A stretch of 64,000 bases of DNA, taken from the sequence record NC_048668.1. One strand, given 5' to 3'. The notes under the pieces are model-generated. The model was given only the letters and a program-made list of their open reading frames with translations. It ran no database searches and had not been told where the DNA came from. The translations under genes and the position numbers were made by a program. Shown one piece after another: positions 10,112 to 19,955 of the stretch (the stretch's first letter is position 1; each line of letters begins with the position of its first letter).

Positions 10112-10981
10112 TTAGCGAGGCAGGACAGACAGTAGTTTTTTAGCTGTGTCATCCATTGCTTGTTTGTGGCTAGCGAAGCGAGTATAAACCGCTGCGTACA
10201 GCTCAACCATCTCTGCAACGTCGTAAGTAACTTCGGACAGTTCTTTGATGGATTTAGGATTGAAACGATACGGCAGGTTACTGTCTTTGATTTGGACAGC
10301 CAGGGTATCGAGCATCTTACCGATGTTATCGACAGATGCGTTCACCAGATCCATGTTAGAGCTGCTCAGACCTTCACCCATGGCTTTGGTCAGGTTCATG
10401 GCTTCAATCGTGTCAGCGTTACGCTGAGCGCAATCGCCGTACTTACGAATAACGGTACGCTGGTTACCGGAAACAGGTTCAGCGATAGCTTTCAGCATAC
10501 CTTGAACGTCAGCTTGTTTGATCGTAATGATCTTACCAACCGCGCTCATTTGCTCAGGGCTAGTAATCGCAGTAGCCAGGAACTTCTCGAACGGCTTCAG
10601 GTAGTTGTCGTACATGTTGATAGAGAACTCTACCGGATGACGATATGCATCCAGGTATTCCAGCCAGGTAACATCCAGGCCAGGGGTAACCGGTACACGT
10701 TGGTCGATGATATCGATATACGGTACGTTTGCCAAACGCTGCTGCAGTTTAGCAATGTTAGGATCACGAGTCGCCAGCACATCGGTCGCTTCCGGCTCGA
10801 TATCCATGGAGAAGCTGCTCGAAACCTTTTTAAGGAAGTCACTGAACTTATTGATCAGTGGCATCAGAGGACGATGCAGAGCTAGTGCTTCATTAGACGG
10901 AGCTGTCATAGGGACAACCTTGACCAACTCGACCAAAGCGGCCTGCTCAGCTTTAATAAGAGAAAGGGAATGCTTTTTCAT
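10112..10981 (-). CDS. Putative head/ejection protein with a predicted propeptide
   Basis: 289 aa, next to UvsX. N-terminal S-N-E motif (APSNEALA) matches the [S/A/G]-X-E cleavage consensus of phiKZ-type proteases. Confidence 0.6.
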   Translation of the reverse strand: MKKHSLSLIKAEQAALVELVKVVPMTAPSNEALALHRPLMPLINKFSDFLKKVSSSFSMDIEPEATDVLATRDPNIAKLQQRLANVPYIDIIDQRVPVTPGLDVTWLEYLDAYRHPVEFSINMYDNYLKPFEKFLATAITSPEQMSAVGKIITIKQADVQGMLKAIAEPVSGNQRTVIRKYGDCAQRNADTIEAMNLTKAMGEGLSSSNMDLVNASVDNIGKMLDTLAVQIKDSNLPYRFNPKSIKELSEVTYDVAEMVELYAAVYTRFASHKQAMDDTAKKLLSVLPR

Positions 10982-11086
10982 GGAATAAACCTTTAGATCC
11001 GAAATGAAGGGACTTCAACATAAAAATAAATGTATCCCTCCATTAGAATGAACACAAGTTTCTTTATCGAACAGGATTAATAACGA

Positions 11087-12511
11087 ATGAGTAATTTCAG
11101 CTTGAGTATCGGCGGCGTAGTCGGGAAGGACAAAGCTGCAGACGCTACAACACCTAAGTTAAACGTAGGGTGTCTGTTCGACCACTTCTCTGGTCGTTAT
11201 ACACCAGGTAAACACGGAGAGATGATCCTCAACGGCGGCTTCTCTTATATCAATGCTGTAGTAGGCGAGAACAACCAGTTCAAATCTACCCTGTCCGATT
11301 ACTTCATGTTGAAGGCGCAGGAGAACTACTACGCGGCCACCAACAGTTTCTACTACGAGACTGAAGGTTCTAAAGACGTATCCGGTCTGATGTACCGTGC
11401 GGCTCGCTGCCCACAGATCCAGGCCGAAGGTATGGAAGAGAACGATAAGTTCTTCTTCTCTAACATGCTGAAAATGTCCGGTAACGCATACTGGGACATT
11501 CGTAAGGAATACGGCGACGCTAAGACTGACAAGAAAAACAAAGTCAGTCAGTTGACCACTCCTTTCGTTAACGTGGACGGTTCATCTATTACGATGTTCC
11601 CGCCAACGCTGGAAGAGATCGATAGCTGGTCGATGATGTCTTTTGACGCAATCGAACAGAAGTTCGGTGACGTTGAGATCGGCCACAAAGACAACAACAT
11701 GATGTTCATGAACGACGGTCGATACAAGACTCAGATCATGATGCAGATGCCAAGTTTGAACGGCCGCCACTCTATGTTTACTTTCATGACCGCACACATC
11801 GGTTCTAAAGTGAACATGGATCCCAACTCTCCGCCGTCTAAGATCATGGCTGACCTGGCAGCGGGTAAAGGTCTGAAGAACGCCACAGAGAAGTTCACGT
11901 TCGTACCAAATAACATGTGGATGGTGCACAAACGTACTCCTCTGACTGACTCTAACCGCATTCCAATCTATGGTCGCGGTGAAGCTGGGTCTAAGGACGA
12001 TAAAGACCTGGTGAAAGTATCGTGCATGAACCTGCGCGGTAAGTTCGGTCAATCGGGCGCGCCTTTCGAGCTGATCTTCTCTCAGACAGAAGGTCTGCAA
12101 GAGCACCTCACGCTGCTGCACTATCTGCGCGATACCAACAAATACTGGGGCATGGATTCTAACAACACTAACATGTCGTTGTTGATCTACCCGGAAGTGA
12201 AATTCACCCGTAATGCCGTACGCGATAAAATCGATGAAGACTACAAACTTCGTCGTGCTCTGGAGCTGACCGCTGGTATGTGCCAGATCAGTAACTTCAT
12301 GTGGTATCTCGGCCCGCACGTTACTGTGCCGCCTACTGATATCATTGCTAAGGTGAAGGAGCAGGGATACGACATCAACGAACTGCTGGAAACTACTCGC
12401 GGTTATTGGCAGTTTGAAGAGATCAAGGAAGAGAAGCATTACCTGTCCGCACTTGACCTGATCAATATCGCTGCCGGTACTTACAAGCCGTATTGGATGA
12501 AGAAAAAATAA
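11087..12511 (+). CDS. uvsX: UvsX/RecA-like recombinase
   Basis: Degenerate Walker A VVGENNQFKST, Walker B-like EEIDSWS, FTFMTAH and NLRGKFGQSG motifs typical of jumbo-phage UvsX. Confidence 0.88.
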   Translation: MSNFSLSIGGVVGKDKAADATTPKLNVGCLFDHFSGRYTPGKHGEMILNGGFSYINAVVGENNQFKSTLSDYFMLKAQENYYAATNSFYYETEGSKDVSGLMYRAARCPQIQAEGMEENDKFFFSNMLKMSGNAYWDIRKEYGDAKTDKKNKVSQLTTPFVNVDGSSITMFPPTLEEIDSWSMMSFDAIEQKFGDVEIGHKDNNMMFMNDGRYKTQIMMQMPSLNGRHSMFTFMTAHIGSKVNMDPNSPPSKIMADLAAGKGLKNATEKFTFVPNNMWMVHKRTPLTDSNRIPIYGRGEAGSKDDKDLVKVSCMNLRGKFGQSGAPFELIFSQTEGLQEHLTLLHYLRDTNKYWGMDSNNTNMSLLIYPEVKFTRNAVRDKIDEDYKLRRALELTAGMCQISNFMWYLGPHVTVPPTDIIAKVKEQGYDINELLETTRGYWQFEEIKEEKHYLSALDLINIAAGTYKPYWMKKK

Positions 12512-12526
12512 AGGAGAGCTAGTAAC

Positions 12527-12808
12527 ATGGTACGTCAAGAAGCACGCTTCCACATGGCCATGTTACTTGCGCAGTATTCTAATCGGATTGCGAACCGCTT
12601 TGAAAGCTCGTTCGAACATCGTGAAAGAGTACGGTCAAGTAACAAAGCGGAAATGCTAGAGATCAACGAGTTCTGGTCAGGGGTACTCAAGAACGATTCC
12701 CCTGAAGCATCGCGATATTGCGAAACCCTTCCCGTTGATCGCGGCATTGACGTCTGGTTGGATAGCTTCAACTCCAAAGTGCTTACCTATATCTTACGAT
12801 ACTGGTAA
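12527..12808 (+). CDS. Hypothetical protein
   Basis: 93-aa ORF with AAGGAG SD. Confidence 0.7.
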   Translation: MVRQEARFHMAMLLAQYSNRIANRFESSFEHRERVRSSNKAEMLEINEFWSGVLKNDSPEASRYCETLPVDRGIDVWLDSFNSKVLTYILRYW

Positions 12809-12823
12809 CTGAGGGTCATCGAT

Positions 12824-13318
12824 GTGGCCAAATATAAAATCATGGTATCGGGTTGTAGGGGATACATCCGATACTATCAATTCGCTAAGTTGATGGATAA
12901 GCTCCTGAAGCGCTTCCCTAAAGATGAAGTTATTATCATCGAAGGGGGCGCTAAGGGAACTGATTACTTAGCTTTCCTCTATGCTTTGCGTCGTGGTTAT
13001 AAGTGTTTAACTTTTACCGCAGATTGGGACAACCTCGGTCCGAGTGCGGGATACATTCGTAATGTAGAGATGTTAGAGATCGCCACGCATTGTGCAACCT
13101 TCTGGGATGGCAAGAGTAAAGGAACTGCTCACGTTGTACAGAACGCACATCGTTATGACGTCGCACATCGCGCATTCACTATCGAGATTCCTAAAAATGA
13201 AAAACAGAGAAAAGGCAACAGCACTTGGCGTAAAGCTAATGGCAGAACTCTTTCCAAAATCCGGCAACGACACCATGCTCAAAGCCGACCTGGAAAAGTT
13301 GAGCGACCAGCAGTTTGA
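12824..13318 (+). CDS. SLOG-superfamily protein (YspA/DUF2493-like)
   Basis: VSGCR, IIEGGAKGTD, ADWDNLGPSAGYIRNVEM and FWDGKSKGT motifs. Confidence 0.85.
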   Translation: MAKYKIMVSGCRGYIRYYQFAKLMDKLLKRFPKDEVIIIEGGAKGTDYLAFLYALRRGYKCLTFTADWDNLGPSAGYIRNVEMLEIATHCATFWDGKSKGTAHVVQNAHRYDVAHRAFTIEIPKNEKQRKGNSTWRKANGRTLSKIRQRHHAQSRPGKVERPAV

Positions 13319-13874
13319 AGAATTGATGGGACAGATCGCAGCCGGTCGCCCTGTTATTTCTGCAACGATTCCTAACATCTCAGGGATCACGCTGAACAAC
13401 GCTCACTTCAAAGCGATCGGTGATAAATGGGGTGTGGAGTTCTTCCATCACCTGATTATGACTGACCCGGAGACTAACCGTGAGTTCGTTACTCCGCTTC
13501 GGTACATGATCGTTCGTGAAGGTGTTGTTCGTCTCCAGCAGATGATCGAGGATAAACAATCTATCCCAGACGATACTACTCATGTAGACGATTTGACTGG
13601 TCAGGTAACAGGGCCGTCCAAAGGTTCTAAGCTGTCCTTCGTGGAAACTAACAACCTGCGTGGCCGTGGCTTCCTTAAAGTCATTCTGGAAACGATCTCT
13701 GTTCGTGGCGGTGACGAAGCCGCTAACCTTAAGTTCGAAGAAGACATCGCTCTCACTGGTGAGGGTAGTGTAGAAGTAGCGAAAGAGTTCGGCAGTGGCG
13801 TAACAGCTACTCGTAACTTTGCTACCATTCTTCGTGTTGCTCACCTGGATAACACGCTGGACAAAGGTTTATGA
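13197..13874 (+). CDS. Virion RNA polymerase beta-like subunit, C-terminal fragment (phiKZ gp149-like)
   Basis: DDLTGQVTGPSKGSKLSFVE...ISVRGGD segment. Likely start is ATG at 13197 (MKNREK); the track start is 13092. Confidence 0.8.
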   Translation: MKNREKATALGVKLMAELFPKSGNDTMLKADLEKLSDQQFEELMGQIAAGRPVISATIPNISGITLNNAHFKAIGDKWGVEFFHHLIMTDPETNREFVTPLRYMIVREGVVRLQQMIEDKQSIPDDTTHVDDLTGQVTGPSKGSKLSFVETNNLRGRGFLKVILETISVRGGDEAANLKFEEDIALTGEGSVEVAKEFGSGVTATRNFATILRVAHLDNTLDKGL

Positions 13875-14350
13875 TCAAAGAACATTTAGAGCTGCTTGCT
13901 GGCCAGGTAAACGACTATCATGATCGATACATGAGTCGTTACGGTAGCGACGAGCAGACGTTGAATCGCATCGCAGCTTTCGCTAGCCGGTTCTCTGCCA
14001 TGTCCCATATTCACACCCTGACTACCAAAGAAAGCCTAACGGCGGTAGCTAAGGAAATGTTTGCTTACGAAGAGCTGACAGAATACGTGATGGGTATGCG
14101 GTACGCGGCACTGGCTATCTTTACCAAAGACGAACTCTTCGCTATCGCAGACTCGTATGCCGCCAGTATTTCCAATGGTAGCTGGGGGCGTACAGGTTCA
14201 ATGGCTAGTCGTCCTAATCTCTCGGTATTGCCGACAGACGATACGATCTGGCAGACAACCTACGAAGACGTCTCTAACCTTTTCCGAGATAACATTTGGA
14301 TCATTCCTCTGTTAACTCTGGGGTTAGTGGAGATCTGGAAGGAGATCTAA
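13871..14350 (+). CDS. Hypothetical protein
   Basis: 159-aa ORF translationally coupled to the upstream gene. Confidence 0.75.
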   Translation: MIKEHLELLAGQVNDYHDRYMSRYGSDEQTLNRIAAFASRFSAMSHIHTLTTKESLTAVAKEMFAYEELTEYVMGMRYAALAIFTKDELFAIADSYAASISNGSWGRTGSMASRPNLSVLPTDDTIWQTTYEDVSNLFRDNIWIIPLLTLGLVEIWKEI

Positions 14351-15052
14351 TGGATCGCGTTAAGATACTACTCAGTTTGGACGATCTCTTTGATACTCGA
14401 CTTTCAACGGCATTGCGGTTGAATCAGAAGAAGGGTATTGACCTGATTAAAAACGGAATATGGACGCCGTCGTGGTGACTGGGTAATTTGGGAAGGTCTG
14501 GGGATTACCGAAGAGCAGTGGCGAAGTGCTTACGCTAAACGCGATAACGAAACGCTTAAACGATCAATCCGTTCTAAGTTAGTTAACGTTATACTGGAAG
14601 TTGCACTGGATGCAGATAAAGGGCCAAGGAACGAGATTTCAAAATCCAACATGGAGATTGTAATTAACGAGTGGCCTTATTCCATGACGCCGAAAGTGAA
14701 AGCGGACTTCGTTAAGATGTTCTCTCACTTAGTTCCGCCAAATATCCCTGTCGGATTTATTAGAAGAGCACCGAAGTTACTTACGCCTAAGTTTGTAACT
14801 GAGAGCTTCACCCACTTCATCAACTACGACATGATCAATTGGATTGATCTTCATTTGCAAACGGAAGAAGATTGCAACATGTTGAAACTGGAGTTGATTG
14901 GACCTCAGCTGTTCCAGTGTAAGCCGGACGTAGAAGACTTCGCTTTGTTTAAGGGTGTTATTGATGACGTTCACCGATTGGCTGAGCAATACGTTAGCCC
15001 GTCCATGTCAGTGCGCTATATTAGCACTGAGTACTTCAACACGCCGTTTTAA
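14350..15052 (+). CDS. Hypothetical protein (joined across a +1 frameshift at about 14457)
   Basis: MDRVKILLSLDDLFDTRL... continues in the frame of ORF 14651-15052 once one A is removed from GGAATATGGA (giving NGYGRRRGDW). Confidence 0.75.
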
Positions 15053-15059
15053 CGTCATA

Positions 15060-15083
15060 GGTGGAGGGAAGTTACCCTCCACC
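15060..15083. terminator. Hairpin between convergent genes
   Basis: GGTGGAGGG-aagtta-CCCTCCACC. Confidence 0.7.
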
Positions 15084-15087
15084 CTTG

Positions 15088-15612
15088 TTAGCCTTTACGC
15101 AGGTCTTCGTGAGCGTTTTCCATACGTTCAAAGAACTCGGAGGAACTTTCCTCTTTCTTATCGATGACCAATTCAGAGTCATCAATATCGTCAAACTCGG
15201 CTGCCATGTTCAGGGAGAAGACTTTATCGTCTCGAGTAGGCTTACCTGCATACATCGACTCGATTGGAGTTTCGCCACGTACAACGCGAGTAGACATCTC
15301 TTCCAGCAAGTGAGCAATACGCTCGTCGTTCTCGTTGGCTTTGTCAGCCACCTGAATACGTTTCTTGCCGATGACCTGTTTATCGATACCGTCGAGCAGT
15401 TTACTGAGGCTGTTGATAGAGTCTTTATCCGTAGGGACTTTACCATCCGTCACCAACTGATTTACCGCCATCATGCGGATACTCTGCGTAAACTCTAAAC
15501 GATCATCGTCGTTACCAGGGAAACCCTCAGCGACACGAGAAGATTGGAATTCCCCTTCCTTCACCTCTTCGAAGGTTTCAACCTTTTCATATCCAGACAT
15601 AGTCAGCTCCAT
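15088..15612 (-). CDS. Acidic hypothetical protein
   Basis: 174-aa ORF, Asp/Glu-rich. Confidence 0.75.
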   Translation of the reverse strand: MELTMSGYEKVETFEEVKEGEFQSSRVAEGFPGNDDDRLEFTQSIRMMAVNQLVTDGKVPTDKDSINSLSKLLDGIDKQVIGKKRIQVADKANENDERIAHLLEEMSTRVVRGETPIESMYAGKPTRDDKVFSLNMAAEFDDIDDSELVIDKKEESSSEFFERMENAHEDLRKG

Positions 15613-15625
15613 TTTTATTTAAACA

Positions 15626-15633
15626 TATATTAC
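15626..15633 (+). promoter_or_regulatory. Putative early promoter TATATTAC
   Basis: Exact match to the phiKZ early consensus in a divergent intergenic gap, 42 nt upstream of ATG at 15675. Confidence 0.65.
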
Positions 15634-15674
15634 ATTAATGATAGGCATATTAAATCTAAAGCGAGGAAACTGTT

Positions 15675-16188
15675 ATGTTTTCGTTCATCAACGAGTTCAT
15701 GCGTAAACGTAAGGTGAAGAAGGCCTTGTCACTGCTGAGCTCCCCAGAAGGAGAAATTGAATTTGAACCAGAAACTATCCGTGTTGTATTTGAAGCTGTA
15801 TCCGCTACAACTCGATGAGTCACAAAACGGGTTAAGCATTTATGGCACCCTTATCCAGATGCACCATGAACCTGAGTTCTTGCTGGAGAAGTTGGCTGTT
15901 GCTAACGACGCTATTCTCAATGCAGAAGAGTTCGAGCACTTCAGTCGACTGAGTAAGTTCAACAAGTTTGAGCTCAGAACATGGCTTGTGGATAGTGAAA
16001 AGAACCGTCTTGATTATTATGCTTTTATTAAGGCGATAACAACGATGGTGCAGGTCAACGTAGAATATTTAGATGAGGTAAAAGACCGAGTCAATAAAGT
16101 TCGCTATCGCGTGTATCTTGATTTATTATACACAATTCATTGCGATTGTTTAACGTTGGCTGAACTGCACTTACGTAAATACGGTTAA
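15675..16188 (+). CDS. Hypothetical protein (joined across a +1 frameshift at about 15750)
   Basis: GAGGA SD and ATG at 15675 (MFSFINEFMRKRK...) join ORF 15757-16188 after removal of one base. Confidence 0.7.
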
Positions 16189-16206
16189 TTTTAAAAGGTA
16201 TTATAC

Positions 16207-16966
16207 ATGCGTCCTGGACTGCCCCTCCGGTTTCGCACGGCTGAAGAAACTCACCGGATCTCTGACCATGAATACAGCGGACCAATGAATCTGCTGGCGT
16301 TGATGTTCAGGAAGGTCAAAGGTGATCTCGCGATTAACTCAGCTATGTGGTCTAACCTCATGAACCGGTATCTTAAAGATCCCCGTAATGAGGTGACACA
16401 AACATCTCGTGGTCGTTCATCTGAACGGTCTAACCTTAATCGTGGTTTGACTCACCCTGAGATGTCCATCAAGGTTTTCATAAAGGGATTGAGAGTGCTG
16501 AATCCAAAGCACTTGAAGTTCACTATCCTCTTAGTTCATTTGGACGGGTCTAAGACCTCCCATAAAGTTGAGATGGATCCAGAAGACCTGTACCAGCATT
16601 ACCACAATGAAAAATACCCAACGCGTTTAAACGTACTTCATCAGTTGTTCCTTGATATCCGTAAGACGGTAACGCCGACTGAGGAAGATTGGAATCGCGC
16701 CATGAAATCCTATCTGGAAGACCCCGGTAATGATTTCGATGATAAAAACAAGTTGCGTAGTAGTGAGAGGTCGAATGTCAATCGCGGGCTAAATAACCCA
16801 GACATGTCCTCTTAAAATCTTTACCAAGGGTTTGAAGGTTATTAACCCGGCCCAGATTTACTTCACGTTGGAACTCGAATTCCCCGGCGAACAGATTACT
16901 CACCACGAAGTAAGAATGGAAGGTAATCATCTGTACATCGCAGGCGGTGACGAGCAGGACGACTGA
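16207..16966 (+). CDS. Hypothetical protein with two internal repeats (joined across a +1 frameshift at about 16808)
   Basis: The repeat YLxDPxN...RSSERSN(L/V)NRGL..P(E/D)MS(I/L)K(V/I)F.KGL(R/K)V(L/I)NP is completed only if the frame shifts at ATGTCCTCTT. Confidence 0.8.
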
Positions 16967-17055
16967 GAAATACAAGAGGGGCGAAAGCCTCTCTTTATTC
17001 TGTCCTTTATTGGATTGAACTCGTTTCCTATGCACTTACAACGAGGACTATTCCG

Positions 17056-17310
17056 ATGGCTAAAGCTTTCAATACCAAAGCCTTAATGGATGATGTTTAC
17101 GCGCAAGTGGATTCTTTCATGGAAACTAACCCTACGAAAGCCGACACTGCAGAATTCATGGAAAGAATCGTTAAACAAATCATGTCTACTCTAGCCAGTC
17201 GAGAAGAGAAGATTAAGGCAATCGCTGATACGTTCAGTCACGCATTAGCGCAACGACAAAAGGCAACAGGGTTCCGAGGTTTCATCACTCGGTTATTATC
17301 AAGGGAGTAA
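17056..17310 (+). CDS. Hypothetical protein
   Basis: 84-aa ORF with GAGGA SD. Confidence 0.7.
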   Translation: MAKAFNTKALMDDVYAQVDSFMETNPTKADTAEFMERIVKQIMSTLASREEKIKAIADTFSHALAQRQKATGFRGFITRLLSRE

Positions 17311-17313
17311 ATA

Positions 17314-18384
17314 ATGGCCCTTAGCATAGACGCTTTCAAAAATACGGTAAAGGATAGTGCGGGTGAAGTCAGGGATACAGTCCAGACATCCTCCTCCATC
17401 TTTTCCACATCAGTAAACGACAGTATGGTGGCCGTCGACGGCTACGGTAAAACCCAAGAGCAAGTTCTCAGTAACATGCGCAATGGTATCTTGGATCGAC
17501 TGGGCGCAACCAAAGACTGGTTGTTGAACACGAAGATCTTTGACCTGGGGTCGTTGAATGATGCCTTGACTTCGGCTAAAGGAATCAAGGATGACGCGAC
17601 GGCGTTAACTAAACAGCTGTCGGATGAGATTGGTACTAACATCAATAGCATCCGTGGGATTAGCGATAATGTTATCTCTACAGCTACCAGTACACTAAAC
17701 GAAATCAACCAGTCAGTAAACGATACGTTCAGTACTATCAATGGCGTGAAGTATGACGTCACTGCCGGTACTTACGGTAACGTCGTTAATGACTTCATCA
17801 ACTCAGTTAACCGTTTGCTGTACGATGGTAAACAAACCTACGAAAATATCGTGGATAAGTTTGCCAATGATTCTCTGAAAGGAAGTATCCTTGAGAACTC
17901 ATCTTCTCTGGGATTGACCAACATCATCGATGGCGTTTACCAATCAGATCCAGGTAACCCTATCCTGATGCGGTCATTGTCTAACGGGCTTGAAGAAGCT
18001 CTGTTGACAGGCGACATTCGGACGATCAATTCCATCGTCCATAACCTGGGCGCCAATTACGTCATGGTAAGGCACCCTAACATCATTCGGGATATTCTGA
18101 CCAACTATACTTATCCGGTAGGCACAACGCCTAACGAGTATAAGGCTGAGGCTGACGTTCTCATTGATACGCTCAACTTCCTCAATCCAGATTGGAACAA
18201 AGCAGTCGGAGCACCTTACCTGAATCGTAACATCTCGGTCTTCCGTGATGCATCGACGAAAGCAAAGGCGGTATTGATTTCAAGACCTGAGTACGCGTAC
18301 CAGATTAAAATTGCTGATCGCTACCCATCTCAAGATATCAATTCGATTGCACGCACAATGTACCCAATGGGTGCTTTTAGTTAA
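17314..18384 (+). CDS. Putative virion structural (tail/baseplate) protein
   Basis: 356 aa, Ser/Thr/Asn-rich, close to the baseplate and tape-measure genes. Function inferred from context. Confidence 0.55.
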   Translation: MALSIDAFKNTVKDSAGEVRDTVQTSSSIFSTSVNDSMVAVDGYGKTQEQVLSNMRNGILDRLGATKDWLLNTKIFDLGSLNDALTSAKGIKDDATALTKQLSDEIGTNINSIRGISDNVISTATSTLNEINQSVNDTFSTINGVKYDVTAGTYGNVVNDFINSVNRLLYDGKQTYENIVDKFANDSLKGSILENSSSLGLTNIIDGVYQSDPGNPILMRSLSNGLEEALLTGDIRTINSIVHNLGANYVMVRHPNIIRDILTNYTYPVGTTPNEYKAEADVLIDTLNFLNPDWNKAVGAPYLNRNISVFRDASTKAKAVLISRPEYAYQIKIADRYPSQDINSIARTMYPMGAFS

Positions 18385-18418
18385 TAGATCCCTCCTCCTG
18401 TTTGGGAGGAGGGCTATG
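18384..18418 (+). terminator. Hairpin terminator-like element
   Basis: CCCTCCTCC-tgtttg-GGAGGAGGG flanked by ATAG and CTATG. Confidence 0.65.
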
Positions 18419-18446
18419 TCGAGTTATTACCTAAAAGGAGTTATTC

Positions 18447-19043
18447 ATGAAAGCTTTTGAAGATTTAACTAATAAGCAATACGGTCGTTTAACTGTAGTT
18501 GGATTGTCAGGTATGTCAGGACACTCCAGATGGAAGTGTATCTGCTCCTGTGGCGTTATTACTTATTCATGCACCGGTAACTTGGTTTCCGGTAGAAAAC
18601 AGTCATGTGGCTGTCTGAAGGTCGAGAAAGCCCGTGCTCAGCATAAGGGCACAGGTAAAAAGAAAAACGGAGATTATACTTGGACTGCCTGGTATAACCT
18701 CATCTATAATCGCACCTTCAACGCTGCAGAAGGTAACGGTATTGAGCAGGTCGATCCTCGTTGGTTGGAATACCAAAACTTCAAAGAAGATTTAGGCGAG
18801 AAGCCAGGTAAAGGATATTACTTGCATCGCATCGACGCTAATAAACCTTACAACAAGGATAACTGTAAGTGGAGTAAGATGCCTACCGGTAAACGTAAAG
18901 TCTTTTACTACAATACCAAACACAAGCACCCGGATACCAATGAAACGGTGGCACAACTTTCCCGTAGACTAGATATCTCTACTGGAACCATTTACGGCAG
19001 ACTCCGCCGCGGGTTGTCAATTTTAGAAGCAATTGAAAAGTAA
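18447..19043 (+). CDS. HNH-like protein with an N-terminal CxCxCG/SCGC zinc module and a C-terminal HTH
   Basis: DLTNKQYGRLTV..WKCICSCG..SGRKQSCGC, then F..DLGEKP..LHRIDANKPYNKDNCKW, then a C-terminal ISTGTIYGRLRRG helix. Confidence 0.8.
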   Translation: MKAFEDLTNKQYGRLTVVGLSGMSGHSRWKCICSCGVITYSCTGNLVSGRKQSCGCLKVEKARAQHKGTGKKKNGDYTWTAWYNLIYNRTFNAAEGNGIEQVDPRWLEYQNFKEDLGEKPGKGYYLHRIDANKPYNKDNCKWSKMPTGKRKVFYYNTKHKHPDTNETVAQLSRRLDISTGTIYGRLRRGLSILEAIEK

Positions 19044-19055
19044 AAGGAGAAAGTC

Positions 19056-19451
19056 ATGGAACCAGGTGTTATCACTGTCCATTATAACACGTTGGAAGAT
19101 GGCGATCAGAAGGTCTTGTTCAAACCGATCGATTCTTTGTTGAGTATCAAGGAAGGGTGCGAATATGTAGTCGCGTCCATTGTCTGCGACGATTCTGATC
19201 GTGGAGGGATTTGTGGCGTATTCCGGATTGATGAGCGTAAGAACTTCCCTACCAAGTATTGCGTAAACTACATCCACAGACACCTTATCGAAAAGGTCGT
19301 TCAGGGTGCAGGGGAAGATGCTCAACTGGCGTGCTTCTATTTAAAGATACTCAGCCGCATTGGCGACACAATTCACGTCGTCGACTATTTCGGTGAAGAG
19401 AAGTTTTTCACCATTCGTCCAGAAGGCCTTTATAAACCATCCATTCATTGA
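19056..19451 (+). CDS. Hypothetical protein
   Basis: 131-aa ORF with AAGGAG SD. Confidence 0.75.
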   Translation: MEPGVITVHYNTLEDGDQKVLFKPIDSLLSIKEGCEYVVASIVCDDSDRGGICGVFRIDERKNFPTKYCVNYIHRHLIEKVVQGAGEDAQLACFYLKILSRIGDTIHVVDYFGEEKFFTIRPEGLYKPSIH

Positions 19452-19907
19452 TAGGGGGAGTCGTGAATAGTTTCGTAGCAGATATTTTAAAGAAATCCAA
19501 TAAACTCCAACAAGAGAAATTCAACGATAAAGTCGCACGTTCATCTTACGTTGAGTGGAGTAAGTTACTCGACAAGTTCTCGAAGGAGACACACAAGCCT
19601 TGGTTGGAATCCTACGATATCTTCTTAATGGATAACGGAGAGCCGCCAAGTAATCACTACAGACTAGCTCGTCTGGATAACCAACGTCCATTCGAACCAG
19701 GGAACGTTATCTGGATCGGACCTAAAGGCGCACAGTACAGTAAGAACCGTCCTTACAGTCACCGTAGTAATTCTAAACGGGTTGAGTGGGAAGGTGTTCT
19801 CTATACGGTTCCTGAATTCGCCGCTAAGTTCGGTTTATCTGCGGCATACCGTCTATTGGCGTATGCGTCACTGGCCTAAGAAAGATTGGGCTGGTCGTGT
19901 CTCCTGA
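19448..19907 (+). CDS. Degenerate HNH-like protein (joined across a +1 frameshift at about 19843)
   Basis: F..DNGEPP...LARLDNQRPFEPGNVIW. After removing one G the C-terminus reads GLSAHTVYWRMRHWPKKDWAGRVS-stop. Confidence 0.65.
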
Positions 19908-19914
19908 AAAGGGG

Positions 19915-19955
19915 ACACAAAGAAAGGGCATTGCGCCCTTTCTTTTTTTGTGTTT
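19915..19955. terminator. Terminator
   Basis: AAAGAAAGGGC-att-GCGCCCTTTCTTT followed by a T tract, between convergent genes. Confidence 0.75.

Noticed and set aside
11087-12511. Intein in UvsX or the RNAP subunits
   Set aside because: No C/S...HN-C/S/T splice motifs or LAGLIDADG blocks were seen, and lengths fit intein-free jumbo-phage homologs as I recall them.
15088-15612. Assigning the acidic 174-aa protein as a small terminase
   Set aside because: Only a vague resemblance, with no diagnostic motif I can support.
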